A DNA stretch of 64,000 nt from Paramecium tetraurelia (Eukaryota), in NCBI GenBank assembly GCA_000165425.1, contig CT868207.1, positions 62,001 through 126,000 of the forward strand. The letters run 5' to 3'. The notes under the pieces are model-generated. The model ran no database searches. It was given only the letters and a program-made list of their open reading frames with translations, and was not told where the DNA came from. The position numbers and the translations under genes were made by a program. This document shows, one piece after another, positions 12,915 through 26,172 of the stretch (position 1 is the stretch's first letter; each line of letters opens with the position of its first letter).

Positions 12915-13936
12915 TAAATTTATTAATTATATTAAATAAATATCCCTGATCAGGGATGATAGCTTTAATTCTGATAAATTATGTTTATTTAATTAATGCA
13001 TTCATAAATCCTCATTATCATATATGAATTTGATTCTTTGAAGTAAGGTCCACTATTTTACTCCATAGCCAATTCAAGCTAAGGATTCTAGAAAATAGTA
13101 GAATCACTGTAATAATATATCATAAAATTCAACATTATTCTTATCTCCTGAATCTAAATCCCTATTCATTATACTTTGAAACCAGGAAAAGTAGAACTAA
13201 TACAAATAATAAGGAATTGTAGGTAAATTTAAAGGGGAAAAACATTAAAATGAACAACGCAAATACATTTTATTGAAGTTAAGGATCTTACTTCAAGCAA
13301 TAGTTAATTAATGTATATGTTTATATTGTGATGAATTAAGATAATATAAACAATTATACATATTTTAGTATTATTCACAATTCTTGCTTAACAATTATTT
13401 TCAAGATTATTTGCATCTTATATTAGATAATCTATCATCTTTGCTAAATTTAACCATTTATTAATTATGAAGTTCGAAGTTAATTAATAACTGAATTACT
13501 CTCTTTCTTCTAATAATATTTATAAATTAAATCAAATGCTATTTTATAAGAAACTAATGTTTGCCACACTATTAACGATTCCAAACTCACTACTTTATTC
13601 ACAATATAGGGAATGAAGGATCCAGCTGGACGAGAATTATCTTAATGAAGTTTCTAATCAAACTACGATTTGTTAACAAAATTTATAAGACTCTTAGTTT
13701 TTATCCTCCTTGTTGCGATCCAAGGATATATTGCTAGATATGAGATTAGAAAAGAAATAAAGAATATGTTATTGATATTTCATTAAATTTAAGGGAACTT
13801 GAATTGTAACATGAGTATAAAATGTTAATTTGAAAAGCTATGAAATTTAATTTTAACAAACAAATTAGAAGTTATACCATTCATTAAACCATAATTAGTC
13901 CATTTATTATTTTTAATGTACTTAATAAATTATTAA

Positions 13937-14463
13937 TCACTTCTTCTTTCTTTCAACTCCAAGGGTTTATCCTCCTCTACCAGTGGTTTTAGTATGTTGT
14001 CCTCTGACTCTCAATCCCCAATGATGTCTCAAACCACGATTACACCTTAACATAATTTAATTGATATACTTGATTTTCTTCATTCTTTCTAAATCTTCTC
14101 TTAATTTGGTTTCCAATTCGTTTGTTGTGACTTAATAATTTTTGCCATCCCTTGAAATCTCTTTGTCTATTCAAAAACCATCTTGGAAATGTTATAAGCT
14201 TCTGGGTGATTTGATGACTTCAGTGATTTTGTGAGCCTCGTCGTCTGTCAATTCACCAGCTCTCTTTGTAAGATCAAGACGGAGGACCTTATAGAAGGAA
14301 TAAAAAAAACATTGAATACCTTGCAAATTTAGATAGCAAATCTTCTTCCGATACCTTTAATGCTTCTAATACCATAAGCAAGTCTTTATTTTCCATCAAC
14401 GTTTGTGTTCAAAATACGAATAATGTGTCTGAATGAATCAGCCTTTTCCAAAACTAAAGACAT
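13937..14463 (-). CDS. RPS18: 40S ribosomal protein S18 (uS13)
   Basis: [66 protein letters not shown]. Introns 14288-14319 and 14046-14069. Confidence 0.98.
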
Positions 14464-14872
14464 TTTTATTTGTATAAAAGATTTAATTTAATTTAAAATT
14501 TTTAATGACTACTCGTCACACCATAATTGGATATTCCAAATTTATATTGTATAGATGATAGCTAAACATTAATATATTGAGATTGAACCTCTCATATAAT
14601 TCATGAATAAACAAAATTTATTAATCAAACAAATTTTAATTCGATTAATGATTTAATTACATATAAATACATGATAATGAAACTCTCTATATTAGGAATA
14701 TATATATATCACTAATTAATTTTCTAGCACAATACTCTATTCTATTAGATAATCAGTATTTATCATTGTATAATACTACTTATCCTATTAATAGTAATAG
14801 AATTTTTAAGATATTAATTTTGATTAAATATTTGTTAACAAAATATTTGAATGCATTTAATCGAATTTAAAT

Positions 14873-15343
14873 TCATTTTCCACTAAACTTGATTCTTTAG
14901 AGTAAGTAGTCACATAAGGCAATAGGAATTCTGGTTTTAACTTCTTCTAAGTTGGTCCATCTTAATTCTTATTCCTCTTTTAACATGATTTAGAATTCTA
15001 TTTTTCCTGAGATTTTTCTTGCCTCTTTGACCACTCCATTTTCTACAATTCGTTCTCTATGCGGTATAGACTTTTAATTTTGAGGAGGAATCTCTTCTAA
15101 AGGCATAATATTGTTTTGCTATTTTCGAGTAATTTTTTATGTTTTCTTATTACTCTTCCCTACAATTATGCGTTTCTTCTTTTTATTCTGCTTCAATTCC
15201 CATTAATTCACTATTTAAAGAATTTCGGGTGTAAGATCTGTCATTGGTTCATAAGTAATTGTTCCCGTGTTCCACCTAATTTTGTATTCTATTCTCGTGA
15301 CAATCTTTTTTTTTATCACTTCAATGGGATATCGAATTTACAT
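14873..15343 (-). CDS. HP1-like protein: chromodomain, basic hinge and chromoshadow-like domain (156 aa)
   Basis: Intron-free 471-nt ORF. RYPIEVIKKKIVTRIEYKIRWNTGTITYEPMTDL (chromo-like), KKKKR hinge, GVVKEARKISGKIEFQIML...RWTNLEEVKTRIPIALCDYLLQRIKF (chromoshadow-like). Confidence 0.75.
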
Positions 15344-15544
15344 TTTTAATAATATTTAGCAAAGGAAAAGCGTATTTTAAAGTCAATCCATTATAAACAT
15401 TAATGCACACTCAAGGATATAATAGGTTGATCTTATGAAATAGCCTAAGAGTATCCTCTTACGACATATTCTGAATTTATATGATAAATGAGATTTGATA
15501 TAAGGTTGTATTTAGTGAAAATTAGGTATATTTAATTATATAAA

Positions 15545-18500
15545 TCATTTTTACTTATTTTTTTTTTCGAAAAATCTTTATAATTTCTCCTCAATATCTT
15601 TATCTAGCATTAGGTTATTTTTAATTTAAGTAATTTCTAACATTTATTATTGTTACTGAGGTTACTCGTCGTCTTTTTCAGTCTCTAATCTAATATCATC
15701 TACTAGTTAAACATTTTCTGTAAAAATGATCATATCATCTTGTTATTCTCTTCTTATCCAAGGAGCTTCTGGTTTATTTTCAACGGATAACGGCTAAATA
15801 AATGAATGACATTTAATACCCCAAGATCTTAAACTAAACTTTTGTCAAATGTTATGGATAAAGATGGAGGAGATAATTTTGGTAAACTAAAGGATAATCG
15901 TATTTTCAACCCATCTACAAAAACAATCGGTACTTAGAAACAAATGATGTTCTCTTTAGGTTCATCATACAAGCAAATTACTCTTTAATAATCAATATCT
16001 TGCTAATTTCTCATAAGAATTTATTCTATATGCATCAATAAAATTTATAAGCCCTCTTACTTTGCTTCATTAATGTTCTCTATTAATTATTTACATTTTT
16101 CCTTAGCTTTTTTATATTGCTTAAGTATAACTAAACATATCAATTCATTGAATTTGATTTCTAATATTTCTAATAAGTCAGCATCTTCTTCATCTACAGT
16201 AAGTTCATGAAATTCCTCTTCTTAGAAAATATCTGTTTGGCTTCCCCTTTATTTTAATTTCTTCTCTGTTATAGAGAGTTCCTTCTGACTCTTGGCCATT
16301 TAAAAGTCTCTTAAGGCAGCCTCATATTTTTCTTGATGAAACAAAAAGACTCCTCGGAAAATGTAGACGTGAAACTGCTGGAACAATTTACCATTCCCTC
16401 TGCATAATTAATTTAGAATATTAATAGCTTTGTTAAGATTATTATTGAAATCGGTGTACTCATTCTCACTTTCCTCATTAAAATAAATTTACTAATCATC
16501 CTTAAATATTATTCTCAACGCTTGTAACATATCCTTATCGAATTCAGCAGTCTTCTCTTTAGTTAACTTATATAATCTATTGATGTCCTCCGAACATTAA
16601 TTCAGATCACCTAATACCATATAGCATTCTGCGCGTAATTATAATAATTTTGGATTATTTTTAAAATCTTTGTTATTTGAATATGCTTTTATGGCATCTT
16701 CAAGTTGCAGCATTTGCAAACAAAAAGTTACCAGCCCATATATGCATTCTTGGATCATCTTGTAGAATCTGAATACATGATTGTAAATCTTAGAAAGCAG
16801 AATTTGAATCTCCATTTAAAAAATGGCATTTTGCTCTATTTAAGTAAGCATCAGCAAATGTTTCATCTAGCGTTAGACAAATGCCAAAATCATTTAGAGA
16901 ATGCTTGTATTGCTTAAGTATTCCAAAAACTATTCCTCTAAAATAGAAATACTTTGCAACATTATCTTCTGACTTTGAGATTGCAGATTCAATGTCCATC
17001 AATGCTTCATTCACTTAGCCTAAAAAGCACTTCACAATAGATCGAACATAATATAAATTGGCATTTTGATCATTCATACTGTTCGCTTTATCCAATAGTT
17101 CGAGCCCTTTGATAACATCCTTGTACTAGTCATTTTTTTTTTTGAAGGATTAATTAATATAAGTAACAGCCAAATAAAAGGTGGGTTCCATTTTCTTCTA
17201 AAATATCTTCTGGGCTCTTTAAAACAATTCCATACCATCAGTGTATAACCCAGATTACACCTTCAGTATACCTTCACAAAGAAATTTGTTATAATGAACA
17301 CTTGACTCAGCAGGTTAGATTTCTAACAGATATTTATAGTCATCCAATGCTTTTTAATGTTTGGATAAACAAAATTACCCGTAAGCTCTATAAGCATAAA
17401 ACAAGGGCTTTAAAAAATCATTTAATTGATGGTTATTTTGGATTTCTTGAAAGTTGAGCATGCTGTCTTAGAACTTTCTTTTCATCAAAAATATCACAGC
17501 CTATTTAAATGGATTAAGTTACTTCAGTAAACAATTTAAATTTCTCTAAATAGCTCTTCTCTGTATCTAGCATAGAAGATCTATTTAAAGTATGATAAGC
17601 TGCATAAAAGTCTCTTTATTCAAGTTTCATCCTAGCAATTTCATATAATGATTTGGTCACTGCTTTCTTTGAATTGTTATGCTTTATAGCTTATTCAAAA
17701 CATAATAGTGCCTCTGTGTTATTCTCTAAAATTCAAATACTAAATTACTTATTTTTAGTCTACTTAATCCTTTGAAATAGTAGGCCTCTGAATTTGTTGG
17801 ATCCGTTTCTAACAGTTTGCTAAGGTCTTTTGCACATTCTTCATATTATTGGCTTTCATATAAGGTGATGGCCTTTTTTAAAATGGCTGCATTTCCAACT
17901 GCTTATTCGCAATTGATAGCCTTTTAGTAGTATTTAATGGCTTCTTTATATTAGCATTGCATTCTTAAGCAATCCGCTTTGCCTAAATAACCTAACCCTT
18001 TTTAAGGACTTAATTGAATTGCAATGTTGAAATCTTAATCAGCTTTGTCAATTTAATTAAGTTTGGTATGCAATTTACCTCTATATATGTAGGCATCGTA
18101 ATATCTTGGGAACATTGTGATCACTTTGTTTAAGATTTGAATTGCTTAATCTAATTCATTCATCTTTTTATGAGAAATTGCTAAAAGTAGATAAATGTTT
18201 TTGCGATGGACTGCATCCTACTAGATTACATATTAGAATTCTGCAATTGCCTTTTAATACAATTGAGTTCCTAAATAGCCGATTCCCAAAAAATAATGAC
18301 CTTCCAACAATCTGGTGTCAACTTCTATGCATTTTTTTAATAGACTTGGATTAAAATAAATTGATTACTCTATTGCTTCATCAATTTACTTTTCTCTTAA
18401 CAGTTATTTGCCCTTTTCAAATAGTTTGATTGATCTAGGATTGTAGTCTTCTGCAGGTTTAGTGGTGTCACTCTAAAAACCACTATGATCCTAATAACCT

Positions 18501-19010
18501 TTGATTAAAATGTTTTCAAAACTAATATCAACAGTCTACTATCCATCCATACTATTGTTAATCTTGGGTGGTTTTTTTTACATAGTCTAGGATAACTTCG
18601 ATTTGCTTGGAAGATACCAATTTTAGCCCTAATTATTAAATGGGTTTTGTAGAGTTTGCTTTTTCCTAATTATACATGATCATATTTTACATGGTGTCTT
18701 TACAAAAACTTACATTACGCTTAGTTTTATTGAATAAAATATTAAACAGTTAATTTTTTGCTTTCTTATCTTAACTAAAATTAGAATTTTAACGCTTTCT
18801 ATGAAATTATTCCAGACTTTCCCCGCTTGACAAATTAAACGATTCTTGTCTCGGAGGATAAGCCTATTATTATTTTCGATTATGGGGTGTAGGATTTTCA
18901 GACCGAAAGTGCTCTATATGTGACTTTGCTGGTGAGTAAGGTTGCTTTGGAAAGAATGACCCCGGTTAGTTCTTCACCGACTGAAGAGGTTTACTTGATC
19001 TATATGACAT
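15545..19010 (-). CDS. Large tetratricopeptide repeat (TPR) protein
   Basis: Multiple TPR units, e.g. AKYFYFRGIVFGILKQYKHSLNDFGICLTLDETFADAYLNRAKCHF and DAYIYRGKLHTKL. Tiny introns; ends ...FEKKNKQK-TGA. Confidence 0.85.
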
Positions 19011-19441
19011 TAATTTTGAATTTTAATATATTCCAATATTAATATTATTATTTATTAACTGATGGTGAAAGCAAGCAGAATTATTAGAACTCTAAAAAAT
19101 AATAATTATTAAATCGAGGTGGTGACAAATAAATGTAAGCATAATTTGAATGCTATTATAATTCAAAAAAAATAGTAAAGCTACTTCATTTAATATCTTT
19201 CTAAAATTGAAATATTTATTCATTATTATTTTAATTAACTTTATAGAGTTTTAAATCGCCTTAAATTCTCATTCCAAATTACAACTTTAATTTATAATTT
19301 TCTAGATTGAAAACAAAGAGGACCATATTTAGAAAATAGGTAATTATGGTTAATTGAAATGATCAATATTCTAATTAGAGTGCTGTAAATAATTTGTAGG
19401 GTAAGCAAAGCAAATGTTTATAAAATGATAAAATTATATTT

Positions 19442-20605
19442 ATGATATCGAGAACACTCAAATTATACAAATTCTCAACCAAAATCCCTACAGGCGTCTT
19501 TGATTTTGCCAATGTATAATAAGGATTGACTGCTCCTTCTAGTATTATGGTAGAAGACTTAATTACAAGATTCTCTGCATACACTCCTACCAACATGTAC
19601 AATTCATTAGATGAATACTCAAGAGAATTACTACTTTATTTGGCTAATGATTTAGTAAATATTGCATTTCTATTTAAAAGAGTTGGGGAATGGGATGGGG
19701 AATCTTAGCAATATCAATGGGTATCAAGATTGCATTTACACCTCTAATGTTTTCTGCATAATTAAATGCTTGTCGTATGAAATTAATCGAACCTGAATCC
19801 AAAAACTTCTAAAACATGATTTAACGAGCAATGAGAGCTCAGGACTTCAAAGCTAGCAGAGCAGCACAAAAATAATTTAAACTTTTTAAAAGAAAGCATA
19901 ACATCAATATGCTTATTCCAGGATTATCCATATTACAAATGCCCTTCCTATTCACATGGTTTTTATCATTGAGATATGTCTGCTCATTGCCAGATAAATA
20001 CGAGGACCTTAAAAGCCAAGGATTTTTATGGTTAGAACTGCATTAAATAATAGGTTCTAAGACCTAAGCGAGTATGATCCCTATGGAATCTTGCCAATTA
20101 TGAGTTCCGTTTTCACATTTTGGAACATCTCTTTGAATCCCAACATGTAATCATAATCTACTGTTCCTTTTGCTAAGTATTATCGATATGTAAGGTTCTT
20201 ACCTTTCTTTTCTATTCCTGTTGTTATCTTTTTCCCTGCCGGCGTTAATCTTTATTGGTGCTCCTCAGCATTTTGCCATTTAATTATTACAGCTCTAGCA
20301 AGACAAGAGAAAATCAGAAAGTAAATAAGAAAATATACCATAGAATATTTGGAATTCCTAAATACCTACCAGGCACTCTTTTAGAGAGGTAAAATAATAT
20401 GAATATCTAAACTATTGTTAAAGCTGTTGTTCAAGATAGAGCTGATTTAAATAGTGATGTTGCAACAACAACAACAACAACAACTACAACTATAAATCCC
20501 CCATAAAAGCAAGTTTAAACTGATGCTTAACACATTATGCATGAAGCTAAATCTGGAGAACAGAAAGTTAAGATATTTTCAAGCAAGCCAAAAAAGTCAA
20601 AATGA
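19442..20605 (+). CDS. OXA1: Mitochondrial inner-membrane insertase, Oxa1/YidC family
   Basis: Presequence-like MISRTLKLYKFSTK, WGMGWGILAISMGIKIAFTPL, LQMPFLFTWFLSLR, GFLW|FQDLSEYDPYGILP, FFPAGVNLYWCSS. Three tiny introns. Confidence 0.85.
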
Positions 20606-20646
20606 GGTTTAGATATACGTAAACGTTTATATAAATTATCAACAAT

Positions 20647-20880
20647 TCAGACCAATTAATTGAAATTAGTTAAGCTACTTTCTTTTTCTTTTAAACCACT
20701 CTCTACACAAAGCATTTCATCACAAGGTAAAGTAACCATCGATTTCAATGTTTCTTTGTGTTTAGCAAATAATAGGACTAATTTGTCTTCTGCTGAGCTC
20801 AAATACAGTTTTAACAAATCCCCATCATATAAGATCATTCTTGCTTTTATTATAACTCCTGGTAAATAACATTTATTCAT
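20647..20880 (-). CDS. Short ORF (77 aa), either a small gene or the 3' remnant of a decayed gene
   Basis: Open from ATG 20880 to TGA 20649-20647 with protein-like composition, but no recognisable motif and an unclear upstream extension. Confidence 0.3.
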
Positions 20881-21208
20881 TTCAGATGTATCTTTTTATC
20901 GTTTAATATATCTAATATATTAACTTAAGTATATTTCAATATCATTTAAATTTGTATTATAAATTGGTTTATTTCAGGCTCATTACAATTTAATCTAATT
21001 AAAATATTAAATCAGGCTTTAATCATTACTCATATTAATTAAGAATTTAATTGCTTCAAAAGTATTTTATGAGAATAATCAAAGTTTTTATTTCAGTAAT
21101 GAAAATACCATCTCTAGCTTTTTGTTACTATGAATTAGAATAATAATGTTGAATGCATTAGACACTCTCTTATATTCATCCATTATGTTAAATTAATTAA
21201 AATTTAAT

Positions 21209-22588
21209 ATGCTCAACGAAAAAGTTATTGGGGATTATGCTTATCTTATCTCCAACGAATACAAAGTTGGTGCAGGATAATTCGGCCATGTTTATAAGGG
21301 TTATCATAAGATAACTAACAAATTAGTAGCAATCAAACAAATAGATAAAAAATTAGTGAAAGGTATTTATGAGTAGATGCTGAGACATGAAATTGAAATT
21401 CTTGAACAATTAAATCATTAATATATAGTGAAAATGTATGCACATTATGAAACTATTAACAACTTTTATATTGTATCTGAGTATTGTGAAACAGGTATAA
21501 TTAGAAATATTTATAATAGATATTTTATCAATAATTAAACAGAAAGGAAAGATAAACGAAGATTTGGTTATCATGTATGTTTTATAGATAGCAGAAGCAC
21601 TGTTATATTTAAATTAGAAATGTAAATGAATAAAATTATAAAGAAATAATACACAGAGATATTAAACCATCAAACATTTTAATTCATAATGGAGAGGTAA
21701 GATTGGCTGATTTTGGATTTGCAATATAGCAAGATAAGCTCAAGTTTGAAGACAGAAACTTATAAGTTGGATCTCCTTTATATATGTCTCCAGAAACACT
21801 TTTAAAATAAGAGTATAATCATAAAACCGATATTTGGTCTTTAGGAATTTTGTATTTTGAAATGATTTTTGGTATTATTTTTTCATTATTCAAGGTGTGG
21901 TACCATTTTTTTCAATGGAATTAGATGATTTAATTAGAAAGCTGAAATAATATTAGTCAGATCATGTATTAGTTTTCTCACATGCTATTTCAGTAGGCAG
22001 TACTGAGGCAATTAGAAATTTATTAGCGTACGACCCTCAAAATAGGTGTGATCTAATATCTTTGGCTCAGATACTTTAGAAATATCTTAGAAACAGAAGA
22101 TAAATGACAAGTAGTGTACATCTTGATAAGAGATAAATAACGCCATAGATGAAAAGAAGAAATACTCCAGAAATATGTTCATAAAATAATAGTGTCATTA
22201 TATCTGGGAGTAAAGGTCTTCTTAAAATTAATACTATTTCTGCTTAAAAGGCATTTAAATAAACAACATATTATAAAATCAATAATTAATAAGAACCAAA
22301 AAAAATAGGAGAGCAACAAAAAAACGATGCAAATACTAGTTAGAAGTTAGGTGTGATTAAACAGAAAGATTAAAATGATATAATAAATATGAAAAATGAA
22401 GATTTCTTAACTTTTCTCATTGATAAAATGGAAAATTTAAAAACCATTCAATTTTAAGAAGGATTGTCTAAAAGTCTTAGCGAATGCTAGTTGTTTTTAG
22501 TAAGATATATTTTTGATTATAGTATCAATACTATGGAAGAGATCAAGAAAAACTTAAATTTATCAAAGAAAAGTTATCAAACCTATGA
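21209..22588 (+). CDS. Ser/Thr protein kinase (ULK/CAMK-like)
   Basis: [52 protein letters not shown]. Four tiny introns. Confidence 0.92.
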
Positions 22589-22613
22589 AATATATTATTT
22601 TTTTATATTAATT

Positions 22614-25102
22614 ATGTAAATTACGGATGAGCAAAAGAAAATGATGGCTATCACAGGAATGGCTATATTATTTATTGTACTCTTATGTCTTATTGATTGG
22701 GTGACTGTGATTTATTTTGGTTTTCTAGGCCACTTTGTAATTCAAAATTCATTCATTAAATTTTAGATTTTTTTGGTTGGATTATATGTTTTCATAAAAA
22801 ATACGATAAGATTATTTGTATTTCCAGGCTCATATTGGTTATGGAGAAGAAATGTTGAAAACAGATATGCAAAGGCTTTGGCAAAAAGAGCCAATAAAAG
22901 GATGGAAGATTTATAAAATTTGATAAGAAAATTACTGTAGATACCTGAGTAATTTATTTAAGGTAAATTAGTACTAAAGAAATTTATGTTGAAGATTTAG
23001 TGCCAATTAAAAAAACCTTGTAATCATTTTTAAACACTTTTTCTTCATTAAACTATAGAAAAGAATTGAATGAGTAATAAAAATATCTCTTCGGGTTATG
23101 TCAATAATTGGAATAGAGCTTGAAGGATTTTCTAATCGAAACTAAGTCTCTTTATGATCAATTGGATAATCCATAAGATATCATCAATTATTGTAAACAA
23201 AATGTTAAAATTGAATCTGAACTGTGTTCTAATTTACTTATAATATTGGATAGCTTAATAGATCAATTATAAGATATATATGTGCCTAAGAACTTTCTCT
23301 TGGAAGCAGAAAGATGGATCTTTAACAAGACCCTTGGAACAGTAGATTAAATGAGAGTTGAATTAGAAAATACTTTTAAGACCAGAAGATTTAAAGTGCA
23401 AGGGTATGATGGAAAAATGATTGATTGGTATTTATAAATTGGATTATCAAAGTCTATATATATATGCAAGCGAAGATGATGCTGATAATGATCGAGCAGT
23501 CATATTTTGTTAGCCAAATGCTGGATATTATGAATATATGTATTATGAATCAGAATGGATTGATTATTACTTGAAACGTAGAATAAACATGTTTTTATGG
23601 AATTATAGAGGTTATTGTGAAAGTTAAGGATTGCCAAATACAAAGGATATAATGAAGGATGCAGAATCCATCTGTGATTATGTAACAACTCAATTAAAGG
23701 TGACTTAATTGATATTTCATGGTGAATCCCTAGGAGGAATGGTCGCATGTCATTTGGGCAGAGTCAGACAATGTAACTTACTATTTGCAGACAGAACCTT
23801 TTCAAGTATCAGCAAAATAGCCCAAGTTGGATTTTCTAAATATGCCAGTTTTTTCTTTAAATTGCTAACATCATGGGATTATAATTCTGCCAAATCCTAT
23901 GTTGAATGCCAAAGCTATAAGATTCTAGCCTTAGATTAGAAGGATGAAGTCATTCCATTTCTTTCATCACTAAAAGTTGATGTCACAAAATAAATATTCC
24001 TGAGAGAATTTGGAGGGTAATATTAAGGTGATGAAAATGTATTTGTTTGCATTCTATTTGTAGTTTAAATAAAGTGACCAGAGAACTACATTTTTCCAAA
24101 AACTCTTAAGATTTATACCTTGGATTCCAACATCAGAGAGTACTGTCTTCTATGATATTTGGTATTCTTAGTTATTAAATAAGCAAGAAATGCTTACGTT
24201 TTTTGAAGCAAATAAAAGGTAAATTTGAGATCATATTTAAAATAGAATACAATTCATTATGAAAGATTTATAAACTGAAAAAAGCAAAAAGACTTTAGAT
24301 GATTCTTACTCATCTTATTTAAATGAGTCGTAAGAAATTGAAAAGCAATATTCTTAGAATTAAAATTCAACTGTTGACATAGATGAGGTATGAATGTTTT
24401 TAATACTATGATCAAGGTTACTTAATTGGCAGGACCTTACACACTTTCTGAAAAAGAAAAGTCTAATGAAAGTCTTCTCAAATTTGTAAATAAAGTCTAT
24501 GAATGTTTTGAATCCTTTGAAACTGCCTCTATGACTTTAAATGATGTCTTTTCATCCTTCAGAGAATCACAACAATACGATGTCTTCCTAGATTACCTAT
24601 TGAGTATTTTCTTGTGGGGATCCTATCTTCCTCTAAAAAACATTCCCAAAAAAAAAATGAACACAGTAGTTTGTCAAAAGTTAGCTTTTGCAAGATTTAC
24701 TTCCAACATCAATAAAATTGAAACTTTGATTAAGAATGAAAAGAATAATTTAGATTCTCCAAATGGAACTAGAGTATTTATGAATTCCTAATTGCTAGTT
24801 AATTTAAGATTTGGAATTAATCATTTAAAGACTTAAATTGATAAGAGAAAACTTTAAAAAAACCTTGAAGAATTAACTTTAACATCCATCCCATTAATCA
24901 GTTCAAATTGAATCGAAAGATTCAGAAGAGAGAAAGTCAAGTAAATCTTACAATTAAAGTAGCTTCAAAAATTCATGAATCATTAAAAGGTTATTTAGGG
25001 TCATTCATTCCATTGGGATGCGGTCATAATGGAAATCTGAATTAAACAGAAGTAGAAGTTCTTGACTTTCATATGTTATAAGCTGGAGTTGTAAAATATT
25101 GA
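22614..25102 (+). CDS. Membrane-anchored alpha/beta hydrolase (ABHD/BEM46-like)
   Basis: Hydrophobic N-terminal segments, FCQPNAGYYE, LWNYRGYCESQG, FHGESLGG (GxSxG), ADRTFSS, DEVIP and C-terminal GCGHNG. Confidence 0.85.
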
Positions 25103-26172
25103 ATTATTTTCATTAAATAAATATTAAGAAATTAATTTGGTAATATAATTTAATTAGATGATTGTGATTGCTGCCCCATTTGTTTATTTCTTCTATATTG
25201 TAAAAATCTTAATGGTAATTATAATTTCAAAAGAAATTAATATATGTTTTAACGTTTTTAAGAAGAATTTTAAGTTTTTTTCGCTGTAGGACTTTTTAAA
25301 ATTCTTGTTTTAAATCAATATAAAAAGAAACTTGTAAATTTATTTATATTTAAAGTAAAAGTCAAATAGAATAATTAAGTTGAAGTTAAAACTTTACACT
25401 TTAAGAAATGTAAAATAAAGAAATTATAAGTTCAGCCTGTTTGAGTTTATTGAGAAGATTTTAAAGATTACATCGCAATGTTTCATTTGCATAAGCAGAC
25501 GATAATATTGCAGCTACTTATGTATTGTAAGACTATAGACCTATGACATTTTAGCACGGCTTAATAACTAGCCTGAGATTTGAACAAATCAAAAGAACTC
25601 AAATTTTAATGTATGTCAATCGTGAAATTATTATTTTTTTCATCAATCTCAAATAATAACACACTTTTATAAATGACTTCCATAGTTATTGGTATATAAA
25701 ATTAATTCATCTAATTTTAATTTAAGGAATTTTATTATATTAGGTATTATTTATTATCTTTCTAAAATTTCTTAAACATGCTTAAGCCTTTAATCCCAAA
25801 CTTTTTGAATATAATATAACTAAAAATATTTAGATCTTCAAAATCCTTAATTAAATGATCTACACAAAGTATTAACTCATTCTAGTTGATTGACGCTAAT
25901 TGAATTTTCTTGAATAGGCTTAAAATATTTGAGATTTACATTTTTGCATAATCACATTTTTATGTTGAGATATATTTAATTCTTTGAATTAACAAGGTTA
26001 TCAACTTGAATGTTTGATTTACAACGTTCTAGAATTTAGAATACAATGTTAAATTATATGTAATATATAATAATATTAGAATAAGATATAAGAACTCCTA
26101 TTTACTTTAATAATAGTAAAATAATATATTAATTTTAACAGAAAAATAAATAAAGTTATTTAACAGCATATA

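Noticed and set aside
19345..19441. Upstream ATG plus a 30-nt intron that could extend Oxa1
   Set aside because: The ATG at 19442 gives a typical mitochondrial presequence directly, so the extension is unsupported.
20464..20492. (ACA)n microsatellite in Oxa1
   Set aside because: It is an ordinary poly-Thr slippage tract in a variable C-terminal tail.
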